DNA of 64,000 nt from Desulfobacterales bacterium (lineage in GTDB: Bacteria; Desulfobacterota; Desulfobacteria; Desulfobacterales; SURF-7): contig JABHLN010000005.1 in the NCBI GenBank assembly GCA_018693105.1, positions 2,735 to 66,734 of the forward strand. The letters are read 5' to 3'. A program made the position numbers and the translations under genes. Shown in pieces: positions 9,831 through 20,000 of the stretch (its first letter is position 1; every line of letters begins with the position of its first letter). The notes beneath the pieces are model-generated. The model saw nothing but the letters and a program-made list of their open reading frames with translations. It was not told the origin of the DNA and ran no database searches.

Positions 9831-11501
9831 TTACATTTTATCCGGTGCTGACACACCTAAAAGAGCCAAACCGTTTCGTATAATAATTTTGACAGCCATT
9901 ACAAGGTATAACCTTCCATGGGTTAAAACTTTGTCATCGGTAAGAACCCTGTGCTTGTTGTAATAAGTGTGAAAAAATGAAGCAAGGTTCATCAGGTAAA
10001 ATGTTATCCTGTGAGGCTCTAAGAGTTCGGCACTGGACCGGATCACTTCAGGATATCGGGCCATGGCTTTTATCAATTGGATCTCCTCGGGTTCTGTCAG
10101 CATGGATACTGATTTATCATTAAGATCAATATCTTTTATACCGTATTCCTCCCGACCTTTATCAATGATACTTGAAATTCTTGCATGAACATACTGAACG
10201 TAATACACAGGATTTTCGTTGCTTTTTTTCTTTGCCAGCTCAAGATCAAAATCCAGGTGGCTATCATAATGACGCATGAGAAAAATAAATCTCGCCGCAT
10301 CGTTTCCTACTTCATCTATAACATCTTTAAGAGTAATAAATTCACCAGCTCTTGTAGACATTGCGACAGGTTCGCCGCCTCTCAAAAGGTTTACAAGCTG
10401 GATCATTATAACCTTGAACTGATCACGGTCATGGCCTGAGGCTTCAATTGATGCTGATATTCTGTTGATGTATCCATGATGGTCAGCTCCCCATATGTCA
10501 ATTATTGTTTCAAATCCTCTATCAAACTTATCCTTATGATATGCAATATCAGATGCAAAGTATGTTGTAAGTCCATTATTTCTTATAACCACCCGGTCTT
10601 TTTCATCACCGTAATCGGTTGTTTTAAACCAGAAAGCACCTTCTTTTTCATAAATAATGTTTTTATTCTTAAAATTATTTATAGCCGAATCAACCTTGTC
10701 TGAATCAAAAAGTGACTGTTCACTATACCAGTTGTCGAATTTAACTCCAAAAGATTTCAGGTCGTTATCTATACCTTTAAGTATATAGTCGGATGCAAAG
10801 CGTGCGCAGTATTGAACGGCTTCATCTTCCATGTTTTTATCTAAAAACAGGTCCTTTTTTTCTTCCTTTATTAATAAAGCCAGATCTCGTATATAGTCGC
10901 CCTGGTAGTAGTCATCAGAGAACTCGGTTTCTTTTCCAAAAAGCTCCCTGTATCTTAAATAAACCGAAAGCCCAAGAGTTCTAATCTGTCTTCCGGAGTC
11001 ATTTACATAATATTCTTTTTGAACCTCATATCCGGAAAATGAAAGGATGTTTGACATGGAGTCACCAACCGCGGCACCGCGTCCATGGCCTACATGAAGC
11101 GGTCCGGTTGGATTTGCACTTACAAATTCGACCTGAACTTTTTTCCCGCAACCTATATCTGAAGCTCCATATTTAGTGTTTTCATTATGTACTTTTAGTA
11201 AAAAGGGGTGCCATGCAGATTTTTTTAATTGAAAATTAATGAAGCCCGGTCCCGCTATATTGGTTTTTTCAATGATGCCTTCACTATTATCAATATATTT
11301 AAGGATCGCCTCAGCGATTTTCCGGGGGGGCATTTTCTGTACAGATGCCATAACCATTGAAATGTTTGATGAATAATCACCATGGGCTTCTACCTTCGGC
11401 TCTTCTATTTCAACCCCGGGAATTTCTGAAGAGGGCAACTCGCCGATAGAAAAAGCTTTTTGAGCAGCCTGAAGAACTATTTCTCTAATTTTTTGTTTCA
11501 T
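9831..11501 (-). CDS. argS: Arginine--tRNA ligase
   Basis: Class I HIGH-type motif ([15 protein letters not shown]), an MSTR motif (AMSTRAG), and the typical 556-aa length. Confidence 0.95.
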   Translation of the reverse strand: MKQKIREIVLQAAQKAFSIGELPSSEIPGVEIEEPKVEAHGDYSSNISMVMASVQKMPPRKIAEAILKYIDNSEGIIEKTNIAGPGFINFQLKKSAWHPFLLKVHNENTKYGASDIGCGKKVQVEFVSANPTGPLHVGHGRGAAVGDSMSNILSFSGYEVQKEYYVNDSGRQIRTLGLSVYLRYRELFGKETEFSDDYYQGDYIRDLALLIKEEKKDLFLDKNMEDEAVQYCARFASDYILKGIDNDLKSFGVKFDNWYSEQSLFDSDKVDSAINNFKNKNIIYEKEGAFWFKTTDYGDEKDRVVIRNNGLTTYFASDIAYHKDKFDRGFETIIDIWGADHHGYINRISASIEASGHDRDQFKVIMIQLVNLLRGGEPVAMSTRAGEFITLKDVIDEVGNDAARFIFLMRHYDSHLDFDLELAKKKSNENPVYYVQYVHARISSIIDKGREEYGIKDIDLNDKSVSMLTEPEEIQLIKAMARYPEVIRSSAELLEPHRITFYLMNLASFFHTYYNKHRVLTDDKVLTHGRLYLVMAVKIIIRNGLALLGVSAPDKM

Positions 11502-12133
11502 TTATTATATATTCCAAAAAGCTGATTATAAATATTTAAATACAATGCAAATTTGTTGATCAGGAGTGAAGATATACATCTATTATGTCAAACCGCTTAT
11601 CAACCATCATAAAGCAATAATCTCACTATAGCAGTATTTACAACATCATCAAATAACATTAACCACAAATTAATAAAGTTTTTTCATTTTCAAGTCAAGA
11701 AAGCTTTACCCGCAGGATATAATAATAAGTGTTTGAACTTACAAATATCATTATTTTCAACCGCTCCATGGACACATATATTTTGTATCATGAAAACTCA
11801 CACATAAGAGTTCGTAAAGAAAAAACAGAGCTTGTCTCTGGAAAGCCGATTTACAAACAGGATAGATATTATTGCTAATTAATTTTTTTGCAGAAAATAG
11901 TATTTTTTCTTAACGATCTCTAATGTATTCAAATAGTTTCAAGTTAATAAATATAAGTACCCATTCCGCTGCACCGGGATAATAGTAAGGAGATATTATT
12001 GAACAAAACGGTTTTAATCTATAACAAGGTAATTTTAAGTTGAAATATAGCGACTTTAAATTATATATAATAAAAGTTGTAACAAAAAATCAGATCAATT
12101 TAATGGACCTTGCATATAAGGTTTTTTTACCTG

Positions 12134-13456
12134 ATGGATAAAAAAAGAAATAAATATATATTTAACAGGCTTGTTTTTCATTTTCGACCCCAAAATGTCC
12201 CTGAAAGCAACTTAATATTTAACCACACATGGGGATTAGGCGGCATTTCTGCCACCCTTGTCATACTTCTTTTTATTACCGGTATTTTATTGCAGTTCGT
12301 ATATGAACCTTTACCTGGAAACGCTTATGATTCAATTGTTTATTTGCAAAATGATGTGTTGTTCGGGAGGTTGATTCGAAATATTCATCATTGGAGTGCT
12401 AATATTCTAGTTTTGGCTGCTTTTCTTCATATGATGAGGGTTTATTTTACGGGCGGGTTTCACCACCCGCGTCGGTTTAACTGGATAATTGGCCTTTTTC
12501 TGTTTTTTTTGGTTCTTATTTCAAATTTCACCGGGTATCTTCTCCCATGGGATCAGCTTGGATTCTGGGCTGTTACAATATGTACCGGCATGGTTGAATA
12601 CATTCCGCTTTTTGGATCATGGCTTTTAAAAATTATAACCGGTGGTTCCGAGACCGGTTCACCATCTATTCTGTTTTTTTTCACTATTCATACCTCCGTT
12701 ATCCCCGTATTTTTGATAACTATAATGATGTTTCATTTCTGGCATGTAAGAAAGGCCGGCGGCATTGTTTCTCCTGTATCTCTCAGGAAAGAATCATGGG
12801 AGGAAAATAGTGGAGGGAAAGACAATAATACCAAAACAGTACAGCATCTCATAGTTCGTGAGCTGGTGGTAGCACTCGTATTGATTGCCTTTATCATGGT
12901 TTTTTCCATATTATTTGACGTACCATTACAGGAAAAGGCAAATCCCGGATTAAGTCCTAATCCGGCTAAGGCTCCTTGGTATTTTATGGGGATCCAGGAA
13001 ATTTTCTTACATTTTCATCCATTATTTACCGTATTTATTATTCCGGTAATTTTTACATCCGTACTCATTTTTCTGCCTTATATTAAATATGACTCAGATG
13101 TGTCAGGGGCCTGGTTTTTTTCCCGAAAAGGCCGTAAAATGGGGGTGGTAGCTTGTGTAACAGCGATCTTTGTGACACCTTTGGCCGTGATATATGATGA
13201 GTTTTTTGTTGATTTAAATTCATTAATTCCTCAGCTTCCGGAAATAATCAATACAGGTCTTTTCCCTGTTTTTATTATAATAGCTGCAATAACCATTTTT
13301 TATATATGGATTAAAAATCGGTATTCCGCTTCAAATAACGAAACTATTCAGGCTGTTTTCATATTACTTTCAGTATCATTTGTTATTCTTACCATAACCG
13401 GGGTCTGGTTCAGGGGTTCCGGAATGGCTTTAGCATGGCCTTTTACGGTTCTGTGA
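12134..13456 (+). CDS. Cytochrome b (fused b6-like N-domain and subunit-IV-like C-domain)
   Basis: His pairs in TM helices (RNIHHWSAN, FLHMMRVYF, FFTIHTSV, MMFHFWHVRK) and a C-terminal APWYFMG motif. I preferred the ATG at 12134 to the TTG at 12110. Confidence 0.8.
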   Translation: MDKKRNKYIFNRLVFHFRPQNVPESNLIFNHTWGLGGISATLVILLFITGILLQFVYEPLPGNAYDSIVYLQNDVLFGRLIRNIHHWSANILVLAAFLHMMRVYFTGGFHHPRRFNWIIGLFLFFLVLISNFTGYLLPWDQLGFWAVTICTGMVEYIPLFGSWLLKIITGGSETGSPSILFFFTIHTSVIPVFLITIMMFHFWHVRKAGGIVSPVSLRKESWEENSGGKDNNTKTVQHLIVRELVVALVLIAFIMVFSILFDVPLQEKANPGLSPNPAKAPWYFMGIQEIFLHFHPLFTVFIIPVIFTSVLIFLPYIKYDSDVSGAWFFSRKGRKMGVVACVTAIFVTPLAVIYDEFFVDLNSLIPQLPEIINTGLFPVFIIIAAITIFYIWIKNRYSASNNETIQAVFILLSVSFVILTITGVWFRGSGMALAWPFTVL

Positions 13457-13520
13457 GCTTATTTTTAACCGGTTTTCTGAGTTTATATTTAACCGGTTTC
13501 TAAGTTTATATTTAAATTGA
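13455..13520. repeat. Tandem direct repeat, ~2.7 copies of a 23-24-nt unit
   Basis: GAGCTTATTTTTAACCGGTTTTCT / GAGTTTATATTTAACCGGTTTCTA / AGTTTATATTTAAATTGA, beginning on the cytochrome b stop codon. Confidence 0.6.
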
Positions 13521-13701
13521 TACCTTTTACAAAACCTGTCTTTCTCTTAACGTTTTACAGGGTTGCACTTTTTTGCCTTATAGAATTAGCCTATGGTTGT
13601 CATGGGGCGGAAACCCTAATCCAATGTAGGAGGCCAAATCATCGAAAACCTCAATATATTCATTGGTTAATCATAAAACGTGGAAATGGTTTTTATATAC
13701 A

Positions 13702-13920
13702 TTATAGTGGTTCCCATAAATATGTTTCTTTTTATCCCGGTCCCCCATCAGAAAATTTTTTCAATCACCTGGCCGAACTAGCCCCTTAACGGTCCCTAAC
13801 TAAAATGTGGTAGTGTCGGGTAAAAATCGTGAAACCATGTTTTATGAAATGTTCTTTTTGTTAAACAGGAAGGCGTGGCCTTTTGATTTTTTATGATTTG
13901 ATTAAAGAGAAATACTATAA
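13702..13920. repeat. Family-D palindromic MITE-like repeat (shorter copy)
   Basis: TTATAGTGGTTCCCATAAATAT...CCCGGTCCCCCATCAGAAAATTTTTTCAATCACCTGGCCGAACTAGCCCCTTAACGGTCCCTAACTAAAAT aligns by eye with 54813..54916. The right end ...GAGAAATACTATAA is inverted relative to the left end. Confidence 0.5.
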
Positions 13921-14069
13921 TCAGCTGATACCGTACAAAAAAACAGGGGGGTGTCTAAGAAGTCGTTGCCTGTCGCGGATATTTAACTTGTTTTTCCTAC
14001 AAAAATTTTATATGAGTCATAATACAAAAGAAAAAAGAAACTATTATATAAAATTTTTAAGGAAGGGCA

Positions 14070-14345
14070 ATGAAATTCTGGCGAGTTCCACTGGATTCAG
14101 AAGAAGTACAGGTCACCTATGGTAGAGTGTATATCCTTGACGATCGATGTAAGGGGTGCGGGTATTGCATAGAGTTTTGTCCTCAGAGTGTTCTTCAGTT
14201 TTCCTCAAAATTCAATAAAAAGGGTTATCATCTGCCTGCTGTAGATAAGCCGGGCGAATGTCTGAGCTGTCACTACTGCGAGATAATATGCCCGGAATTT
14301 GCAATTTATTCTGTAGAATCAAACCCGGAAAAATCCAAAACGTAA
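14070..14345 (+). CDS. korD: 2-oxoacid:ferredoxin oxidoreductase delta subunit (2x[4Fe-4S] ferredoxin)
   Basis: Two CxxCxxCxxxCP motifs (CKGCGYCIEFCP, CLSCHYCEIICP). 91 aa, first gene of the kor cluster. Confidence 0.8.
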   Translation: MKFWRVPLDSEEVQVTYGRVYILDDRCKGCGYCIEFCPQSVLQFSSKFNKKGYHLPAVDKPGECLSCHYCEIICPEFAIYSVESNPEKSKT

Positions 14346-14388
14346 TGATTATAAGAAACTCAGATAATAACTAAGGATTATAAAATAG

Positions 14389-15534
14389 ATGAAAAAAGCA
14401 ATCCTTACAGGTGAACATTTTTTTACAGGAGATGTTGCATGCGCCGAAGGCGCATTGGCCGCCGGATGCCGTTTTTTTGGCGGATATCCCATTACTCCGG
14501 CAACAGAGATAGCTGAACGAATGGCATCCAGGCTTCCACATGTTGGGGGCTCCTATATTCAGATGGAGGATGAGATTGCAGCTATTGCATCTGTACTTGG
14601 CGCTTCATGGGCAGGTGTAAAAAGCATGACCGCAACCTCAGGCCCCGGATTCAGCCTCATGATGGAAAATCTTGGATTAGGCATCTGTACCGAAACGCCT
14701 TGTGTAATTGTAAATGTACAACGTGGCGGACCATCAACCGGACTTCCAACGCAGGGAGCCCAGGGTGATATGATGCAGTCAAGGTGGGGGTCTCATGGAG
14801 ATTATGAAATAATAGTTCTTGCACCATACTCTCCACAGGAAATTTTCTATCAGACAATAACTGCATTTAATTTGAGCGAAACCTATCGTATTCCGGTATT
14901 GATAATGACCGATGAGATAGTAGGGCATATGAGTGAAAAAGTTATTATACCGGATTCAAGAAAGGTAAAAACCATATCCCGTACTGCACCAAAAGGCCGA
15001 AAAGACAGGTTCAGGTTGTTTGAGCCGGGGCCAAATGGTGTTGCTCCGATGCCTGCAGCGGGCCAGGGGTATAATGTACATGTAACCGGTCTTACCCATG
15101 ATGAAAAAGGCTATCCTGTCATGACTGTTGATACACAGGTTGAAATGATGGACAGGCTCACCGGAAAAATCAGGAATAATCTTGATGATATAATAATGAC
15201 TGAAAGCTATATGATGGATGATGCTGAAATTGTACTGGTTTCTTATGGTGTTTCCGCCCGTACATGCCTTGCTGCAGTTGACCAGGCAAGAAAAAGCGGA
15301 ATCAAGGCCGGGATGTTCCGTCTTATAACTGTATGGCCGTTTCCTGAAGAAGAGATCAAGAAGATTGCTGAGAGAGTAAAAGGTTTTATAACTGTTGAAA
15401 TGAATCTTGGCCAGATTCACAGGGAAGTACAGCGGTGTGTAGGAGGTAAAGTTCCGGCTGTTCTTGTGGGGCATCATGGAGGAACAATCATTCCCCCTGA
15501 GGATGTTTTGAAAAAGATGAAGGAGACTTTTTAA
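14389..15534 (+). CDS. korA: 2-oxoacid (probably 2-oxoglutarate):ferredoxin oxidoreductase alpha subunit
   Basis: Typical N-terminus GDVACAEGALAAGCRFFGGYPITPATEI. 381 aa. Confidence 0.85.
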   Translation: MKKAILTGEHFFTGDVACAEGALAAGCRFFGGYPITPATEIAERMASRLPHVGGSYIQMEDEIAAIASVLGASWAGVKSMTATSGPGFSLMMENLGLGICTETPCVIVNVQRGGPSTGLPTQGAQGDMMQSRWGSHGDYEIIVLAPYSPQEIFYQTITAFNLSETYRIPVLIMTDEIVGHMSEKVIIPDSRKVKTISRTAPKGRKDRFRLFEPGPNGVAPMPAAGQGYNVHVTGLTHDEKGYPVMTVDTQVEMMDRLTGKIRNNLDDIIMTESYMMDDAEIVLVSYGVSARTCLAAVDQARKSGIKAGMFRLITVWPFPEEEIKKIAERVKGFITVEMNLGQIHREVQRCVGGKVPAVLVGHHGGTIIPPEDVLKKMKETF

Positions 15535-15537
15535 ATT

Positions 15538-16380
15538 ATGGGAGGAAGCCCGGATATTTCAAAAAAACAGCTTGATCATCCTTTAGATGATCTTATTCGT
15601 ACTGATCGTCTTCCGCATATATGGTGTGCAGGGTGCGGTATCGGAACCGTTTTTTCATCATGTCTGACAGCAATTAAAGCCAGTGAATTAGAACTTAATA
15701 ATATTTCAATGGTTTCAGGCATTGGGTGTTCCGGTCGTGCCGCCGGTTATGTTAAACTTGACTCCTTTCACACAACTCATGGAAGAGCTATTCCGTTTGC
15801 AACAGGTTTGAAACTGGGCAACCCGGATCTTAACGTAATTGTTTTTTCCGGTGACGGAGATCTTTTTGCCATAGGCGGGAATCATATGATTCATGCCGCA
15901 AGACGCAATATGGATATTACAGTAATCTGTGTAAATAATCTGAATTACGGTATGACAGGCGGTCAGGTTGCAGCCACTACACCCCATATGGCAAAATCAA
16001 CCACAACCCCTTCAGGAAATCCTGAAGATCCTTTTAATCTACCCCTGCTTGCTTATGCTTCGGGCGCCACCTATGTTGCCCGATGGACAATGCTCCATAC
16101 AAGAGAGCTGACAAGTTCAATACAGGAGGCGATATTAAAAAAGGGTTTTTCTTTTATTGAAGTACTTTCTCCATGCCCTGTAAATTATGGTAGACGAAAT
16201 AAAGAGAAAGCCCTTGATACCTTGAAACTTTACCAGGAAAAAACAATTATTCGAAATGGCGCTATTCCTGCCGGCCTTGATATTGACTTTTCCAAAGAGG
16301 TGGTTTTAGGAAAATTTGTTGATGTTGAACGAGACACTTATATCGAAAGATATGAAAAGATATGCAGGCAGGAATCCTAA
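15538..16380 (+). CDS. korB: 2-oxoacid:ferredoxin oxidoreductase beta subunit (TPP-binding)
   Basis: WCAGCGIGT Cys motif and the GDGD TPP/Mg motif (FSGDGDLFAIGGNH). Confidence 0.85.
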   Translation: MGGSPDISKKQLDHPLDDLIRTDRLPHIWCAGCGIGTVFSSCLTAIKASELELNNISMVSGIGCSGRAAGYVKLDSFHTTHGRAIPFATGLKLGNPDLNVIVFSGDGDLFAIGGNHMIHAARRNMDITVICVNNLNYGMTGGQVAATTPHMAKSTTTPSGNPEDPFNLPLLAYASGATYVARWTMLHTRELTSSIQEAILKKGFSFIEVLSPCPVNYGRRNKEKALDTLKLYQEKTIIRNGAIPAGLDIDFSKEVVLGKFVDVERDTYIERYEKICRQES

Positions 16381-16410
16381 TAACAATTCAGATAAAAAAT
16401 CGGGTTAAGT

Positions 16411-17007
16411 ATGACCAATATACAGGATAATAAAAAGGAAGTAGTAATTACCGGATTCGGCGGGCAGGGTATTGTTCTTGCCGGAACTATTCTGGGAAAG
16501 GCCGCGGCTTTGGGGGATCACAGAGAAAGTACCCTGGTTCAGTCTTACGGTCCCGAGTCTCGTGGAGGAGCATGCAGTGCCCAGGTGGTTATTTCCGACA
16601 CAATAATTTTTTATCCCTATATCAAGACGCCGGACGTGCTTGTATGCATGTCACAGGGTGGTTACGACAAATATATCGGCGATCTTCCTGATGACGGAAT
16701 TCTTATTATAGATCATGACCTCGTAAAGGCTAAACGCAAGGTTAAAGAATTTTATTCAATTTCTGCAACACGTATAGCTGAAGAGCTTGGTCGGAAAATG
16801 ATGGCAAATATTATAATGATTGGTTTTGTTACAGCTGTTACAAAAATTATATCTATGGATGCCGCACAGGATACTGTCGTTAAATCGGTTCCTAAAGGCA
16901 CAGAAGAGATGAACTTAAAAGCCTTTAATAGAGGAAGTGATTACGGTCTGTCAGTCCTTAAAGGGCGTGAGAAAAAGGCAGAAGGCCGAACAGGAGCGGT
17001 TTCATGA
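16411..17007 (+). CDS. korC: 2-oxoacid:ferredoxin oxidoreductase gamma subunit
   Basis: ITGFGGQGIVLAGTILG motif. 198 aa. Its stop overlaps the hdrL-like start (ATGA at 17004..17007). Confidence 0.85.
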   Translation: MTNIQDNKKEVVITGFGGQGIVLAGTILGKAAALGDHRESTLVQSYGPESRGGACSAQVVISDTIIFYPYIKTPDVLVCMSQGGYDKYIGDLPDDGILIIDHDLVKAKRKVKEFYSISATRIAEELGRKMMANIIMIGFVTAVTKIISMDAAQDTVVKSVPKGTEEMNLKAFNRGSDYGLSVLKGREKKAEGRTGAVS

Positions 17008-20000
17008 AGGGCTCAAAGGACAGACTTCACCGGGTTATCGTTATTGGCGCTACACCGGCGGGAATATCAGCGGCCAATAAACTTGGCGAACTGGATATCC
17101 CGGTTACACTGGTAGACACTGACTATGATCTGGATAAAAAATTATCCTGTGAGGAGTGGCGTTTAAAATCAGGGGTTCCCTTAAACTTTGCCCATCGTTC
17201 AGGGCTTATAAGGCTTTTTAGAAACCCCGGGGTGAGATGTATTCTGCCTATGGAAATCACCTCGCTCAAACATACTCCTCAAGGATTTCGCATGCGCTTT
17301 AACAGGCAGCAGACATTTATTGATCCTGATAAATGTACACTATGTGGCAGATGTTATGATATTTGTCCCGCTTTTGTACCCGAGGATGGTAAGGCTGTTA
17401 AGCTAAACAGCAGGCAGAGTCTGCCGGGTCGGGCAGTTATTGAAAAGGGCCGTAAGCCGCTCTGTCAGGAAAACTGTCCACTTGGTGTTAATGCCCAGGG
17501 ATATATAACTCTTACAAAGGCCGGCAGGTATGCGGAAGCTTTAAGCCTTGTGAGGGAAAACAATATTCTTCCGGGTATTTGCGGCAGGATATGTACCCAT
17601 CCTTGTGAAGACGAATGTAGAAGGGGTGAACTGGATGATGCTATTGCCATTCGTGATATCAAGAGGTTTCTGGCAGACCATGAACTCTCGGATAAATCTT
17701 TGCGTATGGAAGAAGTTGAAGCTGAAAAACAGGTAAAACAGGTAAAAAATGAAAAGATTGCCGTTATAGGTTCAGGTCCATCAGGGCTTGCAGCAGCGGC
17801 AGATCTTGCTCGTCTTGGGTATCAGGTGACAATTTTTGAAAAAGAAGCTAAAGCCGGGGGATTGCTCAGATATGGAATAGGACCCCATCGTCTACCAAGA
17901 GAGATTCTCGATAAAGAACTAGAATATATTGAAAACATTGGTATTAGGATTGAAACATCCACGCCGGTTGATTTAAAAAAAGGATCGGAAAGTCTTGATA
18001 AGGTTTTAAAAGAATATGATGCTGTAATCTTTGCTGTTGGAACATGGTCTGATCGCTGCCTTGGAATTCCGGGAGAAGATCTTCAAGGGGTTGAAGGTGG
18101 TCTTTCTTTTTTAAATCGCCTTTACAGGGAAGATATAACCGAATTGAAAAGTAAGGTTGCTGTAATTGGAGATGGAAATTCAGCATTTGATCTTGGTAGA
18201 ACATTGTCCCGAATAGGGGCGGATGTAACTATACTTTCATGGTTCCCGGAAGATCTTGTTCCTGCCGATTCTGAAGAAGTACTTGCTGCCGGCAAGGAAG
18301 GCATTAAAATAAAATGTTCTCTGCAGGTTGTTGAGTTTAAAGGGAAAAACGGAAAGGTGGAAAGTATCGTCTGCAGACAGACTGCCCCGGGAGAGCCTGA
18401 TGAAAACGGGGTTCCCTGGCCGGTTATTGTGCCGGCCGGTGAGACGCTTGAGCTTGAGTTTGACAGAGTATTTGTAGCAACAGGCCAGCAGGGCTCTTTT
18501 ACCGGTATTGACAGTAAAATCAAGATGAATGATCATGGCTATATAAAGGTGGATGATAATAGCCGAACAAATATAAAGAAAGTTTATGCCACGGGAGATA
18601 CCGTTTCCGGTCCTTCTTCTGTTGTCAGTGCAATGTCTTCGGGGCGAACTGCTGCACAAAAGGTGCATCAGGACATCTCCGGGATGGCTATGGACGAGAC
18701 GGCAGGTGTAATTACAATACGGCCGGAAGAAAATGAATTCAGAAAAATACCTGATAACGTTCCGTCCCAGATGCGACCGGCAATGCCGGAGATAAGGGCT
18801 GATATTCGCAGAAATAATTTTTCAGAGGTTGCTGTCGGGCTGAGTGAATCCCAGGTGATTTCAGAGGCAGGGCGTTGCCTTCAGTGCGGTTTATGTTCTG
18901 AATGTCTTGAATGCGTTGTCGTATGCGGGGCAACAAAGGCGGTAAATCATGCTGAATCCTGCGAAGAACTTATTGAACATGCAGGAGTTGTTATTATAGC
19001 CGATCCTTCAATTGCTCCTACGGTCAAGGGTGAGGATGTGATTCGTGCCTACGGGCCCAGGTCGGCAAAAACAGATGTATATGCCATGTACGTTCGCGGC
19101 TTTGCTTCAGCGGCACAAGCTATGATGCTTCTTGGAAAGACATCTCAAAGGCCAAAAGGGCATGGAGTATCATTTTCTCCCCCTGATCCTGGATTATCAC
19201 CGGAAATTCGTCTTGGGATTTTTGTCTGTAAGTGTAATGAATCCCTTGGGTGGCTTGATGAAATGAACAGGTACGTAGAAGAACTGACATCTAATGAGGA
19301 TGTGGTTCATTCGGAAATACTAAACTCTGCATGTGTACCAGAAGATACAGCAGGTATAATAAGAACGATTCGGGAAAAAGGAATTACACGTGTTGTTCTT
19401 GCATCCTGTGTATGCTGCCCGCTGAACTTTGTCTGTAACTCATGTACCGATCAGAGGAGCCGTCTTAAAGAAAATCTTTTTAAAGGTACCGGAATAAGTC
19501 GCTCAATGATAGAAACATGCAATATTCGTGGAGAGGCTCTTCGCCTTGTTGAAAAAGATGCTTCTCTTGCTTTAAGCCGATTTGAGGGTATGCTGGAACG
19601 TTCGGTGAACAGGGGAAGAAGGCTAAAACCGCTTCCAGCCCCTGCAAGGGACTATAATTTTAATACCGCTGTTATAGGTGAGTCGGAAGCGGCTATAAAC
19701 AGTGCTTTGACTCTTGCAGAATCAGGTGTTGAGGTTTTCTTATTCGGAATATCTCAGGCGCCACCTGTTGATGTGAAAAATCATCTCAATGTACATTTTT
19801 TTGAAAATTCCACTGTAAAAGCGATTACGGGAACAGTGGGAAATTTTCAGGTTTTTATTGAATCCAACGGTTTCAAACAGAGTATAAATGTTGGTGCCCT
19901 TATAATTGGAGAGAAGACAAGGAAGGATATTCATTATATTCATCAGGATGGCCTGCCTGGCAGAAGTGTACGGTCGGTAATGCAGAAAGCAGGAGTTACC

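Noticed and set aside
13455-13520. Possible CRISPR array, because of direct repeats of ~23 nt.
   Set aside because: The copies are directly tandem with no spacers, there are only ~2.7 of them, and no cas genes are present. No other CRISPR-like periodicity was seen in the window.
13517-14125. Listed ORFs 13517..13789 and 13883..14125 upstream of korD.
   Set aside because: They lie over repeat family D and its flanks. The second genomic copy of the repeat differs by an indel that breaks the frame, and there is no RBS or recognisable protein features.
17465-18668. Multiple antisense ORFs inside hdrL-like. Similar ones occur inside gatA (8282..8782), the ABC ATPase (33388..33780), dapF (61163..61600), mutL (5117..5600) and the kinase (37926..38258).
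   Set aside because: They are embedded opposite strongly motif-supported genes and have Ser/Arg/Leu-rich shadow-frame composition with no motifs.
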